Source: Gammaproteobacteria bacterium (GTDB lineage Bacteria > Pseudomonadota > Gammaproteobacteria > Ga0077554 > Ga007554). Taken from it: a stretch of 64,000 bases of DNA. The notes under the pieces were generated by a model. The model worked only from the letters and a program-made list of their open reading frames with translations, was not told the origin of the DNA and made no database searches. Positions 27,402-37,865 of this stretch are shown one piece after another (the stretch's first letter is position 1; every line of letters begins with the position of its first letter). The stretch lies in contig JAMPIW010000007.1 in the NCBI GenBank assembly GCA_040183005.1, positions 983,314-1,047,313 of the forward strand, given 5' to 3'. The position numbers were made by a program, and so were the translations under genes.

Positions 27402-30361
27402 GGCTTGTTCCTTAGTTGGGTGGTTGTGGGTGAGTCGGTTTGTGATACTGTAATTTCCTCTGTCGCTATTTCTCCAAGACTATCTCGTATTTGGCGCTGA
27501 TTTGCGCTGAGGGTTTCGGGGGCACTGTCCATCAGCCAGGCGAGATGCTCATGTGCCAGGAGAGCGGCCTGATCGTGCAGACCTGCCTGCCTCAACGTCA
27601 GTAAATGATTCCACGCCGCGGCCGTTGTATCCGGGTGCTTCTCGCCCAGCACCCGGCGACGAACCTCCAGCACCTTTTCTTCAAGCACACGGGCGCCCGC
27701 CAGGTCACCCTGATCCCTAAGTGTGAGGGCCAGGTTATTCATGCTGGTCAGTGTGTTTGGATGCTCCTCGCCCAGCATCCGGCTGAGAACTGCCAACACC
27801 TTTCCCTGAAGCGCACGGGCACCCGCCAAGTCGCCCTGGTTCCCGCGTGTGCTGGCCAGATTGTTCATGCTGATCAGTGTGTCTGGGTGCTCCTCGCCCA
27901 GCACTCGGCAGCGAACCACCAGCACCTTTTCCTCAAGTGCACGAGCACCCGCCAGATCACCCTGGTTGAAAAGTATGCTGGCCAGGTTGCTCATGCTCGC
28001 CAGCGTGCCAGGGCCTTCCTCGCCCAACACCCTGTGGCTAACCTCCAGCACCTCTTCCCCAAGCGCACAAGCACCCGCCAGATCACCCTGGTTGAAAAGT
28101 ATGGTGGCCAGGTTGCTCATGCTCACCAGCGTGTCCGGGTGTTCCTCGCCCAGCACCCGGCGGCTAACCGCCAATACCTCTTCCTCAAGCACACGGGCGC
28201 CCATCAGATTACCCTGGTTGAAAAGTGTGCTGACCAGGTTGCTCATGCTCGCCAGCGTGTCCGGGTGTTCCCCGCCCAGCACCCGGCGGCCAACCGCCAA
28301 CATCTCTTCCTCAAGCACACGGGCGCCCTCCAGATCACCCTGGTTGAAAAGTGTGATGGCCAGGTTGCTCATGCTCGCCAGCGTGTCCGGGTGTTCCTCG
28401 CCCAGCACCCGGCGGCTAACCTCCAACACCTCTTCCTCAAGCGTACGGGCACCCTCCAGATCGCCCTGGTTCCAAAGTGTGCTGGCCAGGCTGTTCATGC
28501 TCGCCAGCGTGTCCGGGTGTTCCTCGCCCAGCACCCGGCGGTTAACCTCCAACACCCCTTCCTCAAGCGCACGGGTGCCCGTCAGCACCATTCCCAGAAA
28601 CGCACGGGCGGCGGCACGCTCCCTGCGCACGGGGTCATAACGCGCAACCCAAGTGCAAAGCTCAATAGTCGCAAGATCGTCATACGTGCCCACAACGAGG
28701 CTGCTGGCATGCTCAATCCAGTGCGCCAGCGCCGCATGGTTACGAATATCGTCGGCGTGCTCGGCAAGTTCGTCCGTGAGCGCCCGCTTGGCAGCCACGC
28801 ACAGGGCGATACTGCGATCGGAGTTAGCACCGTGAAAACGCATCGTGCGGGTTACCAGGACATGCACAGTCACCGAGAAATCGGTATCGCCGGTGGCCTC
28901 AGCCAGGGATTGTTCCTGGGCCTCGTGCAGGGCGAGGTCGGCGCGGTCTAGCGCATCCGAATCACTCAAGCCATCGGCAACTGCAAATACCCGAGCGACT
29001 AGGCGCCTGGGGATGGGCGCGATGGCCAGCACAGCGGCCAGGCGCAGAAAGTTGCGCGTCTCTTCGCTCACGGCGGCGATGCTCTGCAGCAGCATAGTGG
29101 CGATGCTGGCTTCGTGACCGTTGGGCAACTGGCCAGAGAAGTGCTTCGCCAACTCCAAGGCATCTTTGTCTGGATGACGAAGATCGTTGAGAAACTCGAG
29201 ATAGGGTTTGCTTTTGAGGCGTGCCGCCGTCACATCCACGGCCAGGGCGTGATAGCCCAGCTCGCGGAGGATCTCAGCCACTGCGGCGGCCTCGGCTTCA
29301 TCGGCGGGCGGGCGTTGCTGGGTGAGCAGGCTGCGTGCTTCGGCCTCAGCCAGCACGCCCACCTCCACCCTGCCACCCAACGCTTGGTATTCGTGGCTGC
29401 GAGTGGTGAGCAGGGTCTTGCCATGGGCATGGGGGGCGACCCAGCCGCGCAAATCCTGTATCGGAACATCCGCTGGCACGTCGTCGATCACCCAGAGGAA
29501 GGGCTGGTTTTTGTCTGCGAAATGTTTGTGCAACTCCCCTTCGATCTGCACCTGGGATTTATCCTTGATCTCTATGCCCAACCAGGCAGCCACGTTACGC
29601 CACTGCTGCTCGCGCTGTTGGTTGAGCGTATCTGCCGTAACGCCATTTTCGCCAGCGGTGCGCGCACTGAGCCAGAACACACCACCGGGATACGCGGCGC
29701 CATAACGCAAGGCGTACTCCTCCGCCAGCAGCGACTTGCCCATGCCACCGCCACCCACGAGCTGCGCCAAGGCCGTGCCCAGTTTGAGCTGGCCGATGAC
29801 GGTCTGGCCGCACCAGAGTTGATCGTGCATCTGCCACATGTGCCGCAACCGCCCGACAAAACGCGCCGAGCCGGTGGCGGTGTAGGGAAACCAGGAGGGG
29901 ATAACAAGCGGGCGGATATCACCGAGGGTGCCCGTCAGCCCCTGCACTTGCGCTGCGATGCGCTTGGCGAGGTCGTCATAGCCGACGCGATCATCCATGG
30001 CAGGTGCGCTGAGGTATTGCTGATCTTTCAGCTCAGGCAGGGCAATGTGGTCCGGGCTGGTTTCGGGATTGACGATAAGCACCCGCTGGCGTGGATCACC
30101 GGCTTGCTGCGCGGCCAGGTAGGCAGCGGTGAGCTCCCATTGGCAGGGGCGGGAGAGCGGATAGTGCTTCGAGTACCAGGCGAGCACCGCCTTGCTGTGC
30201 GCGAGGCCTTCTGTGATCGCGCGGGTGATGGCGGCATAGTCCGCGATGTCGGCACGGTCGAGCCAAACGCTGAGCCCCTGCGCGCGCAAGGCCTCTACGA
30301 GCAAGTCCACGCGTGGCATGTCGAGGCGGCGGTAGCTGATAAACACGTCGTATTCGGTCAT
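27398..30361 (-). CDS. TIR-NB-ARC (STAND)-TPR NLR-like protein, intact, 987 aa
   Basis: YDVFISYRR...SRPCQWE TIR; Walker A GGGGMGKS; Walker B LWVIDDVP; about eight 42-aa EEHPDTL-type TPRs. Confidence 0.92.
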   Translation of the reverse strand: MTEYDVFISYRRLDMPRVDLLVEALRAQGLSVWLDRADIADYAAITRAITEGLAHSKAVLAWYSKHYPLSRPCQWELTAAYLAAQQAGDPRQRVLIVNPETSPDHIALPELKDQQYLSAPAMDDRVGYDDLAKRIAAQVQGLTGTLGDIRPLVIPSWFPYTATGSARFVGRLRHMWQMHDQLWCGQTVIGQLKLGTALAQLVGGGGMGKSLLAEEYALRYGAAYPGGVFWLSARTAGENGVTADTLNQQREQQWRNVAAWLGIEIKDKSQVQIEGELHKHFADKNQPFLWVIDDVPADVPIQDLRGWVAPHAHGKTLLTTRSHEYQALGGRVEVGVLAEAEARSLLTQQRPPADEAEAAAVAEILRELGYHALAVDVTAARLKSKPYLEFLNDLRHPDKDALELAKHFSGQLPNGHEASIATMLLQSIAAVSEETRNFLRLAAVLAIAPIPRRLVARVFAVADGLSDSDALDRADLALHEAQEQSLAEATGDTDFSVTVHVLVTRTMRFHGANSDRSIALCVAAKRALTDELAEHADDIRNHAALAHWIEHASSLVVGTYDDLATIELCTWVARYDPVRRERAAARAFLGMVLTGTRALEEGVLEVNRRVLGEEHPDTLASMNSLASTLWNQGDLEGARTLEEEVLEVSRRVLGEEHPDTLASMSNLAITLFNQGDLEGARVLEEEMLAVGRRVLGGEHPDTLASMSNLVSTLFNQGNLMGARVLEEEVLAVSRRVLGEEHPDTLVSMSNLATILFNQGDLAGACALGEEVLEVSHRVLGEEGPGTLASMSNLASILFNQGDLAGARALEEKVLVVRCRVLGEEHPDTLISMNNLASTRGNQGDLAGARALQGKVLAVLSRMLGEEHPNTLTSMNNLALTLRDQGDLAGARVLEEKVLEVRRRVLGEKHPDTTAAAWNHLLTLRQAGLHDQAALLAHEHLAWLMDSAPETLSANQRQIRDSLGEIATEEITVSQTDSPTTTQLRNKP
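27590..28575 (-). repeat. About eight 126-bp (42-aa) TPR repeats
   Basis: Unit GDLxGARxLEEEVLxVSRRVLGEEHPDTLASMSNLAxxLFNQ. Confidence 0.9.
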
Positions 30362-30420
30362 CCCCTCATTCCCTGAACCCCTCCCGTTGCTCCGCCGTCG
30401 ACTCAGCAGCGCCTTGACCT

Positions 30421-30449
30421 ATTACAACGGATAGACGCACTTCTGACAA
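30421..30449 (-). promoter_or_regulatory. Candidate sigma70 promoter for the island's first gene
   Basis: TTGTCA-N17-TGTAAT on the minus strand, about 60 bp upstream of ATG 30361. Confidence 0.5.
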
Positions 30450-30659
30450 GGGCTTACATCGAGCCACACAACAATCTTAAAAACGGATAGTCATCTGAAA
30501 CGAGAAGGTGTCGCGGAAATCAGCGGCCTGATTATTACTGTTGGCTCGGCTTATCCTGCCATTTAGCCACTCATAATGCGTGGCCAGCGATCATGCACTG
30601 CATGCTTATGTTCGAATGTTGGCTCAGGAATATATTCACACATAATTTACCCGGCAATA

Positions 30660-30687
30660 AAAAAAGGGACCCGAAGGCCCCTTTTTT
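30660..30687. terminator. Bidirectional rho-independent terminator
   Basis: AAAAAAGGGACC-CGAA-GGCCCCTTTTTT, 27 bp past the DUF5666 gene stop. Confidence 0.75.
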
Positions 30688-30713
30688 CTCGTTCCCGCTA
30701 CGGACTGGCGCGA

Positions 30714-31961
30714 TCAGTCGTCACCCTCTCGCTCGACCTTGGTGGCGATGTTCGTGCTCGTACCGTCTTTTGTGTAGAAGTTGATCTTCAGGAAATTCGA
30801 TGTGGTGACATTTCCCAGGTTGCGCTGGATGCCGTCTTCGAACAGGGTGTCGTTGTTAACGGTGACTATCACTGTCTTCGCGCCATCGAATATGGAGAGG
30901 GTATTGGGGGACGTGACCGAGGTGACCTGACCCTTGATCTCACCGAAAACAATCCCGCCGCCACTGCCATCACCACCGCTGCCACCACCACTCGCACCAT
31001 CGTCGCCGCCTAGCTTGAATTTCACCTTCTGCGCTATCAGCACGCCATTGGTGATCTTACCTTCCACCTCGACCCTGACGTTATTAACCAGGTTGGCATT
31101 GGTACCATTCTCGTAGCCGGAACTGGGCAGACTGGCGACGCTCACCGCCACGCCATTGACGCTGAAAGTATCACCGGACAGGCCCGTAACAAAGCCTTCG
31201 ATTTCGACCTCTTCGCCATTCTTGGTGCCGCCCAACGAACAACTGTCATCGAACTCGATACTGGTTGCCGTGATCACAGCGCCGCTTGCCGTGCCTTTGA
31301 CTTCCACACACACGCCGTTAATCACACCGCCGGGAAGGCTGATGTAATTCACAGTAGTTGCGCCTATGCTGAATGTCCCAGATGGGTTGCCGAGGCTGCT
31401 GACAACGCCCTTCAACTCGACTTCGGTAGTCCCCGTCTTAACCTCAACACGCGTGGCGCGAATATCCCCGTTGGCGTCGCGCAACCCGCTCACTTCGACG
31501 ATCTGGCCTCCAGCCAATCCAGCAAACCCCGTTGTTCCCGAAAACACCGTCAGGGCATCCACCTTGATAGTCTGCCCCAGCACGGTGAAGGTGCCACCCG
31601 TACCTGTCGTCGCTGGAATAATGCCCGCCACCGGCCCCTGCACATCATCGGCATACTTGATACGCTTCGCGATGAACTTGCCGCTGGCGTCTTTCTCCCA
31701 CTCCACGCGCACCACCATGCCGACGCCCAGTTTGGCCTGCGTGACGCCGGTCTGGCCCTCCACCTCAATCTCCGCCCCTTCGGTGGCAAATTCGATACCG
31801 TTGACAAACACACTGCCAAACCCGGTTACCGGCCCCTGGCTCATGCCCGTGCCGCCGATTCCGCCGCCCGCGAGTCCCCCTCCTGCACCACCGCCACAGG
31901 AGACCAGCCCCGATAGGATGAAAGACACCAACAGACCCCTACCAAATAATCCGGCTTTCAT
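30714..31961 (-). CDS. DUF5666-repeat lipoprotein
   Basis: Lipobox LVSC followed by a Gly-rich linker; GPVTGFGSVFVNG and repeated OB-like units (VEVSG...ATRVE). Confidence 0.8.
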   Translation of the reverse strand: MKAGLFGRGLLVSFILSGLVSCGGGAGGGLAGGGIGGTGMSQGPVTGFGSVFVNGIEFATEGAEIEVEGQTGVTQAKLGVGMVVRVEWEKDASGKFIAKRIKYADDVQGPVAGIIPATTGTGGTFTVLGQTIKVDALTVFSGTTGFAGLAGGQIVEVSGLRDANGDIRATRVEVKTGTTEVELKGVVSSLGNPSGTFSIGATTVNYISLPGGVINGVCVEVKGTASGAVITATSIEFDDSCSLGGTKNGEEVEIEGFVTGLSGDTFSVNGVAVSVASLPSSGYENGTNANLVNNVRVEVEGKITNGVLIAQKVKFKLGGDDGASGGGSGGDGSGGGIVFGEIKGQVTSVTSPNTLSIFDGAKTVIVTVNNDTLFEDGIQRNLGNVTTSNFLKINFYTKDGTSTNIATKVEREGDD

Positions 31962-32836
31962 TTTAGTTCTCCTTCTGACGACGCATCAAAATCTTCTTCA
32001 AAATAATAAATACCAACGCCCGCATTTTTGCGCCCCGTCCCGCTGGCGGAGGGGTTCACATCACGGTCATGCCCGGCGAGATAACGATCCAGCTCCTCCA
32101 GCAATGCCTGCGCGCGCGTAGCACTCAGCGCGCGCAACTGCGGCAGAATATTTTCCGGCAGATTGTCGTAGGCCACCTTACGCTGAAATAAACGCTCATC
32201 GGCAGTGTGGCGGAGATTGTGGTCAATGGTGGCAATGAGCAATCGCACGTCGGTGCCCAGTATTTCGAGCCTGGCAATGTCATCGGTTTGGGGTAGATAA
32301 GCACGGTTGAGCAGCCGGATACGGTCATCATCGAGACGTTCGACTGTGCCGACACGAACCAGCTCGTCGAGCATGGCGCGCGCGGGGACATCGCGGCTGA
32401 ACTCTTTGACCAGCCCTTCAAACGTCGCTCCCTCGCCACTCAAGGGAAGATCGGCGGGGTTGCCCTGCTTGTCGGCAAAGCGCGCTTCCCGCACCCAGCC
32501 ACTGATCACCCGTGCAGCACGGTTATAGCGCTCTTCAGCGGCATCATCATAGGGAGCGCCCAGCTCCTGCAATCGCGTAATTTCCTTGCGCGACAAGCCT
32601 GTAATCACCGCCGCCCGTGACACGGACTGCTTACGGCCTGCTATACTGAACTCGCGCAACGCGACGTCCGCATACACCCAGCGCGCAATATCCTCAAACA
32701 CGCCATAGGGCACACCATTGCGCAGCAGGATGCGCACCAACGGGCGCAACAACCTGGCGACGGCGGAAGAAAGAGTTTTGGTAAATTTTCTGTTTGGCAT
32801 GATTGGGAACTTATTCCCATTTATTTTGTTTGTCAA
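31958..32836 (-). CDS. DUF6502-family protein
   Basis: LLRPLVRILLRNGV...SRAAVITGLSRKEI...KEFSRDVPARAMLDEL; usual partner of DUF5666. Alternative start at 32800. Confidence 0.75.
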   Translation of the reverse strand: MTNKINGNKFPIMPNRKFTKTLSSAVARLLRPLVRILLRNGVPYGVFEDIARWVYADVALREFSIAGRKQSVSRAAVITGLSRKEITRLQELGAPYDDAAEERYNRAARVISGWVREARFADKQGNPADLPLSGEGATFEGLVKEFSRDVPARAMLDELVRVGTVERLDDDRIRLLNRAYLPQTDDIARLEILGTDVRLLIATIDHNLRHTADERLFQRKVAYDNLPENILPQLRALSATRAQALLEELDRYLAGHDRDVNPSASGTGRKNAGVGIYYFEEDFDASSEGELK

Positions 32837-32968
32837 GTTTTTTTACGTTAACTTCTAACCCGCGAACGGCTAAACACACACCTTCTCTATCAGCGATTGA
32901 CTGGTATAATCCCTCATTTGCATACAGACTGGCAAACCTCTCTGCCGCAACCCCCGGAAGTTACGTAT

Positions 32969-34636
<1,668 letters not shown>

Positions 34637-34804
34637 TTCAATCCCAATTCAATTCAACGGTTGCAACTACCCCCACTCCCGCCCTGCGAGAGTGGGTTGG
34701 GGTGAGGGAATATAAAGCACTCATCCCTCCCTGCAGAAAAATGCTGGGGAAAAACCACCGTTTCCGGATAACGATCAACAAATATTATTGAGGAAGAATT
34801 TTTA

Positions 34805-35809
34805 ATGAGTGTATTTGTAACGCTGTTTTTGATGCTCATCGTCATACTGATTGCCGCCGAAATATTCACCAATGCGCTGGAACACCTAGGCGAAAAATTG
34901 AAAATTTCCGAGGGCGTCACCGGTTCATTATTTGCTGCCGTTGGCACTGCAATGCCGGAGACCATGGTGCCGCTGTTGGCCATTTTCGCAGGCACCGACA
35001 ATCAACACGTGAATGAGGAAATCGGTGTGGGCGCAATCCTCGGCGCGCCGCTGATGCTGGCTACGCTGTCCGTTTCATTACTGGCGTTCTTCACCTTCCG
35101 CAAACGCGGCATTAGCGGGCATTTCACACCGGAAAGAACCGGCTTTAAACGCGACCTGGACTTTTTCCTGTTCGCGTTCGCGCTGGCCGCGATTGCGATG
35201 TACATTCCACACGACATGAATTATCTGCGCGCCTTTATCGGCGTGTCGCTGGTGCTGACCTACTTTGTCTACATCATGATGACCTTGCGCGCCTCTGCAA
35301 AACTGGTAGAGGACGGCCACGCTACCGAGGCCCACTCACCCATGCTTCTCAGCCGCATCGGCCTGCCCACCAACATGACCACCATCGTGCTGCAACTTGG
35401 CATGGGCCTGGGCCTGTTAGTCGCGGGCGCCAAGGGCTTCATCAGCGGCGTGGAAGAGGCTTCGACTATCCTCGGCATATCAGCCCTGATGCTGTCACTG
35501 ATGATTATCCCCATCGCCACTGAGCTGCCGGAAAAATTCAACAGCATCCTCTGGATTCGCCGCCACAAAGACACCATGGCCTTCGGCAACATTACTGGCG
35601 CCATGGTCTTTCAAGGGACGCTGCTGCCGGCCATCGGTATCATGCTCACCCCCTGGTCACCGCGCCCGGAAGTGCTGGCAGGCATCGTGATCGCATTTTT
35701 AGGCGCGCTATGGCTACGCCTCATGGTCACGCGAGGACAGCTAAAGGTCTGGCATGTGCTGGTCAATGGCAGTTTATATATTACCTATCTGGCGATTGCG
35801 TTGAGTTAA
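34805..35809 (+). CDS. Sodium:calcium antiporter (CaCA family)
   Basis: Two alpha repeats GTAMPE and ATELPE; multiple TM helices. Confidence 0.88.
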   Translation: MSVFVTLFLMLIVILIAAEIFTNALEHLGEKLKISEGVTGSLFAAVGTAMPETMVPLLAIFAGTDNQHVNEEIGVGAILGAPLMLATLSVSLLAFFTFRKRGISGHFTPERTGFKRDLDFFLFAFALAAIAMYIPHDMNYLRAFIGVSLVLTYFVYIMMTLRASAKLVEDGHATEAHSPMLLSRIGLPTNMTTIVLQLGMGLGLLVAGAKGFISGVEEASTILGISALMLSLMIIPIATELPEKFNSILWIRRHKDTMAFGNITGAMVFQGTLLPAIGIMLTPWSPRPEVLAGIVIAFLGALWLRLMVTRGQLKVWHVLVNGSLYITYLAIALS

Positions 35810-35841
35810 CTCCATTTCCAATTCAACCGCGTATTTTCACC

Positions 35842-35872
35842 TCATCTCCCGCAAGGCGGGAGATGATTTTTT
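35842..35872 (+). terminator. Rho-independent terminator
   Basis: TCATCTCCCGC-AAG-GCGGGAGATGA followed by TTTTTT. Confidence 0.85.
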
Positions 35873-35962
35873 CTTCATTTATGATTTCAGCCGTGCTGAA
35901 CGGTATAGCCGAATGTCTTGACTGGGGAGTCCACTATACGGCGTACCCTACATTGATTGGCT

Positions 35963-36343
35963 TCACGAGCTAAGTCGATGCAACCTCATCAGCAACTCCG
36001 CCTCACCTCTCACCAGACCACAGGATGACATCAGTTCGTCAACACTGGCGCCTTTCTGAACAAGTCGAATGGCATGTCCATAAGTTTGTGCAGCAGGATC
36101 GCGCAAATCCACTTGGTCCTGTCGTTCGGCCAGTCGGCGCAATTGCTGTTCCATACGTTCCACATTCCCACCAACCCCCGCCGCCCCGGCACATAAGGCA
36201 CGCAAATCATCTTGCAGTATCAGCACCTCGGCGTCACGCTGCTTAATGCGCAGATCCAGGCGACGTATTTTTAACCATACGGGAATCTGCATGATCAATG
36301 CCAACACACCAGCCAAAATCAGAATCGTCACGTCACTGTTCAT
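35963..36343 (-). CDS. DUF2802-domain protein
   Basis: N-terminal TM, coiled coil, YGHAIRLVQKGASVDELMSSCGLVRGEAELLMRLH; usual position after cheW. Confidence 0.85.
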   Translation of the reverse strand: MNSDVTILILAGVLALIMQIPVWLKIRRLDLRIKQRDAEVLILQDDLRALCAGAAGVGGNVERMEQQLRRLAERQDQVDLRDPAAQTYGHAIRLVQKGASVDELMSSCGLVRGEAELLMRLHRLSS

Positions 36344-36400
36344 GGCAAATCAGCTCGCGCGGGGATGCGCGGGGACAGGGCTTTAAAGCAATAGAAAGGA

Positions 36401-36583
36401 CTACGCATAGTCATCAATGTAAGGGGGATGACCCTCATCCTTTTCTTTTTCATCAGGCATTTTCCTGTCGCGGCCTGAACGATCAGAGGGGCGATCAGTC
36501 GGGTGCTTCCTGGGATCGACCTTCTCCACAGGCCGTGTTGGCCAGACAGGATACAACGGATTGACATCACCTACCTTGGCCAT
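36401..36583 (-). CDS. Small hypothetical protein (60 aa)
   Basis: In operon orientation, GGAGG RBS, ends YIDDYA. Confidence 0.5.
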   Translation of the reverse strand: MAKVGDVNPLYPVWPTRPVEKVDPRKHPTDRPSDRSGRDRKMPDEKEKDEGHPPYIDDYA

Positions 36584-36614
36584 CGCCGAGCCTCCTGACA
36601 GACGGTCTGCCGCA

Positions 36615-37106
36615 TCAGACCATCGACATATCCTTCCACTCTTCGTCGCTCAACAATTTATTAAGATCGACAAGTATCAGCAATTGGTCGCCGCGATTGG
36701 AAACACCCTGAATATAACGCGAGCTTTCCTCATTACCGATATTTGGCGCAGCCTCAATCTCCGATGTGCGCAGGTAAACGACCTCCGCCACGCTGTCAAC
36801 GAGGATACCTATCACATTCTCCATAACCTCAATAATCACAATGCGGCTGGAGTCATCCAATTCCTTGGGCCTTAAACCAAAGCGCCTGCGGGTATCCATC
36901 ACTGTCACTACATTACCACGTAAATTGATAATACCAAGAACACTATCAGATGCCCCCGGTACAGGCGCGATTTCGTTGACGCGAAGGACTTCCTGCACCT
37001 GCAAGACATTCACTCCGTACATTTCACCCTCTAGGCGAAACGTAACCCATTGCGAAATAGCGTCACTTTCAGTTTGTTCAGCTTGCCTCATTAAATCATT
37101 CCCCAT
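36615..37106 (-). CDS. cheW: Chemotaxis coupling protein CheW
   Basis: QWVTFRLEGEMYGVNVLQVQEVLR...GIINLRGNVV. Confidence 0.95.
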   Translation of the reverse strand: MGNDLMRQAEQTESDAISQWVTFRLEGEMYGVNVLQVQEVLRVNEIAPVPGASDSVLGIINLRGNVVTVMDTRRRFGLRPKELDDSSRIVIIEVMENVIGILVDSVAEVVYLRTSEIEAAPNIGNEESSRYIQGVSNRGDQLLILVDLNKLLSDEEWKDMSMV

Positions 37107-37181
37107 ATGTTAATCTGGAACGCCGCACTTAACCCGCAAGCATTAATCATGCCCAACAAATAAGTATCAACAACCCGCAAG

Positions 37182-37865
37182 CTAACCAACCAATTCCTGA
37201 GAAAATTTATCCACGTCAAGCAACACACACATGTGTTCAATCACAGTCCCTACCATCCAGGGGCGGTGCGTGCTATCTGCGCGCCAGCGCACTTTTTTGC
37301 GGTCCAGAGTGAGCGCCTGAATGACCTCATCGCAGATAAACCCCCATGATGCATCATCAACCAGCACAACACGCCGGGAGGTTTTTTTTTCAACAATCTC
37401 AGCATGTGGGTGACGGTTTTCAGGCGCCATTAAATAGCCAATGTCAATTATTTTGACATTGGCTCCACGATAAGGAAGCAATCCCAAAAGCCGTTTTGAA
37501 TATCCAGGCACAGCCGCAATGGAATCAACCCCATCGACAATACTGCTCAACCTGCTCAAGGGGGCCACCAGAGCTACCCCATCCACTTTAAACAAGAGAC
37601 CCTTAAAAGTTGGGGATGCCCACACCGGGAAGTCACCGCTTTCCAGTTGCACTTGTTCCTGATCGGGTTGATCCGGCGCAATGCTTCCACTCTGCTCCGC
37701 AATAACAATATCCGCTGAGGACAAAACCGCCGGGAGACTGTATGTAGAAGATACATCTGGCTCAAAATCCGGGACGTCCTGCAACAGGGCATCAAGATAG
37801 ACCGTAAGGGCTGTGTCTTGTTCGAGAACAACCGCTAAACGTCCTTTTTTCATCGGATTATTCAT
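37182..37865 (-). CDS. CheW-domain protein
   Basis: Acidic N-terminus then a CheW-like domain (FKGLLFKVDGVALVAPL...MVGTVIEHMCVLLDVD). Confidence 0.85.
   Translation of the reverse strand: MNNPMKKGRLAVVLEQDTALTVYLDALLQDVPDFEPDVSSTYSLPAVLSSADIVIAEQSGSIAPDQPDQEQVQLESGDFPVWASPTFKGLLFKVDGVALVAPLSRLSSIVDGVDSIAAVPGYSKRLLGLLPYRGANVKIIDIGYLMAPENRHPHAEIVEKKTSRRVVLVDDASWGFICDEVIQALTLDRKKVRWRADSTHRPWMVGTVIEHMCVLLDVDKFSQELVG

Noticed and set aside
13704-28575. Tandem repeats as possible CRISPR arrays
   Set aside because: All are 126-144 bp in-frame coding repeats without unique spacers, and no cas genes are present.
27605-30376. Long plus-strand ORFs (448 aa and 420 aa) opposite the TIR-NB-ARC-TPR gene, and similar ones at 15567-16643 and 18637-19953
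   Set aside because: Antisense shadows of GC-rich genes with no recognisable motifs.
17540-30714. Gasdermin or other pore-forming substrate near the proteases
   Set aside because: No ORF of suitable size or sequence is present in the intergenic gaps; one could lie outside the window.
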